A stretch of 63,999 bases of DNA, counting the filler, from Sphacelaria rigidula (lineage: Eukaryota): NCBI GenBank assembly GCA_964200075.2. It is 3 parts of 3 records of this genome, joined end to end, with 100 filler letters (N's around TTAATTAATTAA, not from the genome) between each part and the next. Parts side by side here need not be neighbours in the genome. Positions count along the whole stretch, not along the records: positions 43,728 to 63,999 come from CAXNAA020000547.1; 2 more parts are not named here. The stretch is one strand, 5' to 3'. Shown one piece after another: positions 62,586 through 63,999 of the stretch (position 1 is its first letter; the number at the start of each line of letters is the position of its first letter). Both the position numbers and the translations under genes were made by a program. The notes below the pieces were generated by a model that had not been told where the DNA came from, searched no databases, and was given only the letters and a program-made list of their open reading frames with translations.

Positions 62586-63999
62586 GTGAGTCTCGGTGAT
62601 ACTGTTGGTTTAAACGGATGGTCGCCAATGTGGGAGCTCGACCCTACTTGTGCACTGTAAGAACGAGCTGCTGGCGTGCCTGGGCGGAATGGGCGGGACA
62701 TCTAGCGAGCAGAGAGGATCTCAGGCACGCTTGAGAGGGTAGTACGGTGCCCAACACAAGATTTTTGTGGAGCACTGCTGTGGTGATGCGCGTCTGTGCT
62801 GTGACCGCTGCCTTCCACGTCATGAACCCCGTCAAAGACGATAAGGCTTTTACTTTTAGACCATGGCACACTTGGGGGTTATTTATTTCTTGCTGTTTTT
62901 TTCCCTTCTGAAGTCCGCCTCGTGTATCGTCGTAATTCACGGCATCTTCTTATGTACGGGCGTTCTGTCCTGCCTGCGGAGATCTGAAATGCGACAAAAC
63001 AGCTGTGCAGTGCGGTACTGTTCAGTCGGTACCCCTGCCTGGCAGTATAACGATGGTGTACATGTGCTTGCTGCCTGTTGTAATTACCTGCGAGCCCCAA
63101 GGATGAAAGTCAATGATCAGAATTGACCTACTGTATCTATAGCGCAACGTGTCAGCAAAATGCGGCTGAAAATAGAAAATGGATCCTGATCGATGCTGGC
63201 CAGCAGGATTGAGCTGTGCTGCGTGGTACTGGATAACGCCTAATAACCACGTCCACAGTCAAATATATAAGGATGCAGTCAGTGCTGCTGCTGCTTTGCT
63301 GCTGCTGCTACTGTTGTTGCTGCGCCGATGGTTGTGCAGCACAAGAGCTTCAATTCATGTCAGAAGAGCATTCATTCACGAGGGATAGCCTTGAGGTGTG
63401 GTGATCTGTGGTGACCAGTACCTGCGTCCATCGCTCGTCGTGCGCAAGCAGTGTTCTGTAGAGGAAGGTGCGGCTTGTTGTCCGTGCTTCAGTCTATGCC
63501 AGGCAATCGTCGGGCACTCAAAACGGCGGGGAATCTATGTATTACTTGTTTCTAGTGTGGATTCCGAACCCTGGAAAATCTGAAGCGCCGGGTTGAGCGC
63601 CGCACTAGATACGAGTAGATAACTCATGAAAGCTGCTGCACCCCCCCTTGAAGCCAACATCCTTAAATGGACACTTTGACTTTGGGTTTCTGTTGAATTC
63701 GGCGTTTTTCCACGAAGCCAGACAGACGTGCCACTCTTCGAGCATTCGTCAACCCCTGTCTCAAAATACAGCATTTTTTTTGTGAGTTTCGACGCTATCC
63801 AATGTTAATCTACGTCCCGGGGGCCTGCCTCATTATTGGTCGATTTGAGGTTGCCGTCTCTGAGTTAGCTACTAGGGAGAGCCGCTTTGAAAGAGTGGTC
63901 GCCGACTTTTTTTTTTGAAAAGTGCGTGGGGAGTGAGAATATTTTTTAGAACCTTTCTTTATCATTATAGAACCTGAAATTCCACCTCAACACATCACA

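Overview
Eukaryotic, intron-rich genomic DNA, most likely from a brown alga or related stramenopile. That assignment is inferred from the GT-AG exon/intron structure, a bipartite plastid-type leader and the repeat content. Two artificial 100-bp spacers (N44-TTAATTAATTAA-N44, at 21768-21867 and 43628-43727) divide the window into three contigs. Contig 1 holds about 21 kb of a minus-strand giant gene with at least 15 tandem C2 domains plus one half domain. Each domain is encoded by a phase 0-1-0 two-exon cassette, and the array shows signs of exon copying, conversion and replacement. Contig 2 holds the 5' half of DDX1 (DEAD-box with SPRY insertion), head-to-head with the first exon of a DUS1-like gene; both carry transposon-filled introns (fold-back repeats, a KDZ-like relic, a split hAT transposase). 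Contig 3 holds a complete 10-exon gene of about 1101 aa with an AT-hook/PWWP/TFIIS-N/TFIIS-M architecture and no Zn ribbon, head-to-head with cytochrome b5, whose 7-kb first intron contains nested DNA transposons. All exon boundaries were read by eye from splice consensus and reading-frame continuity; no database searches were run.
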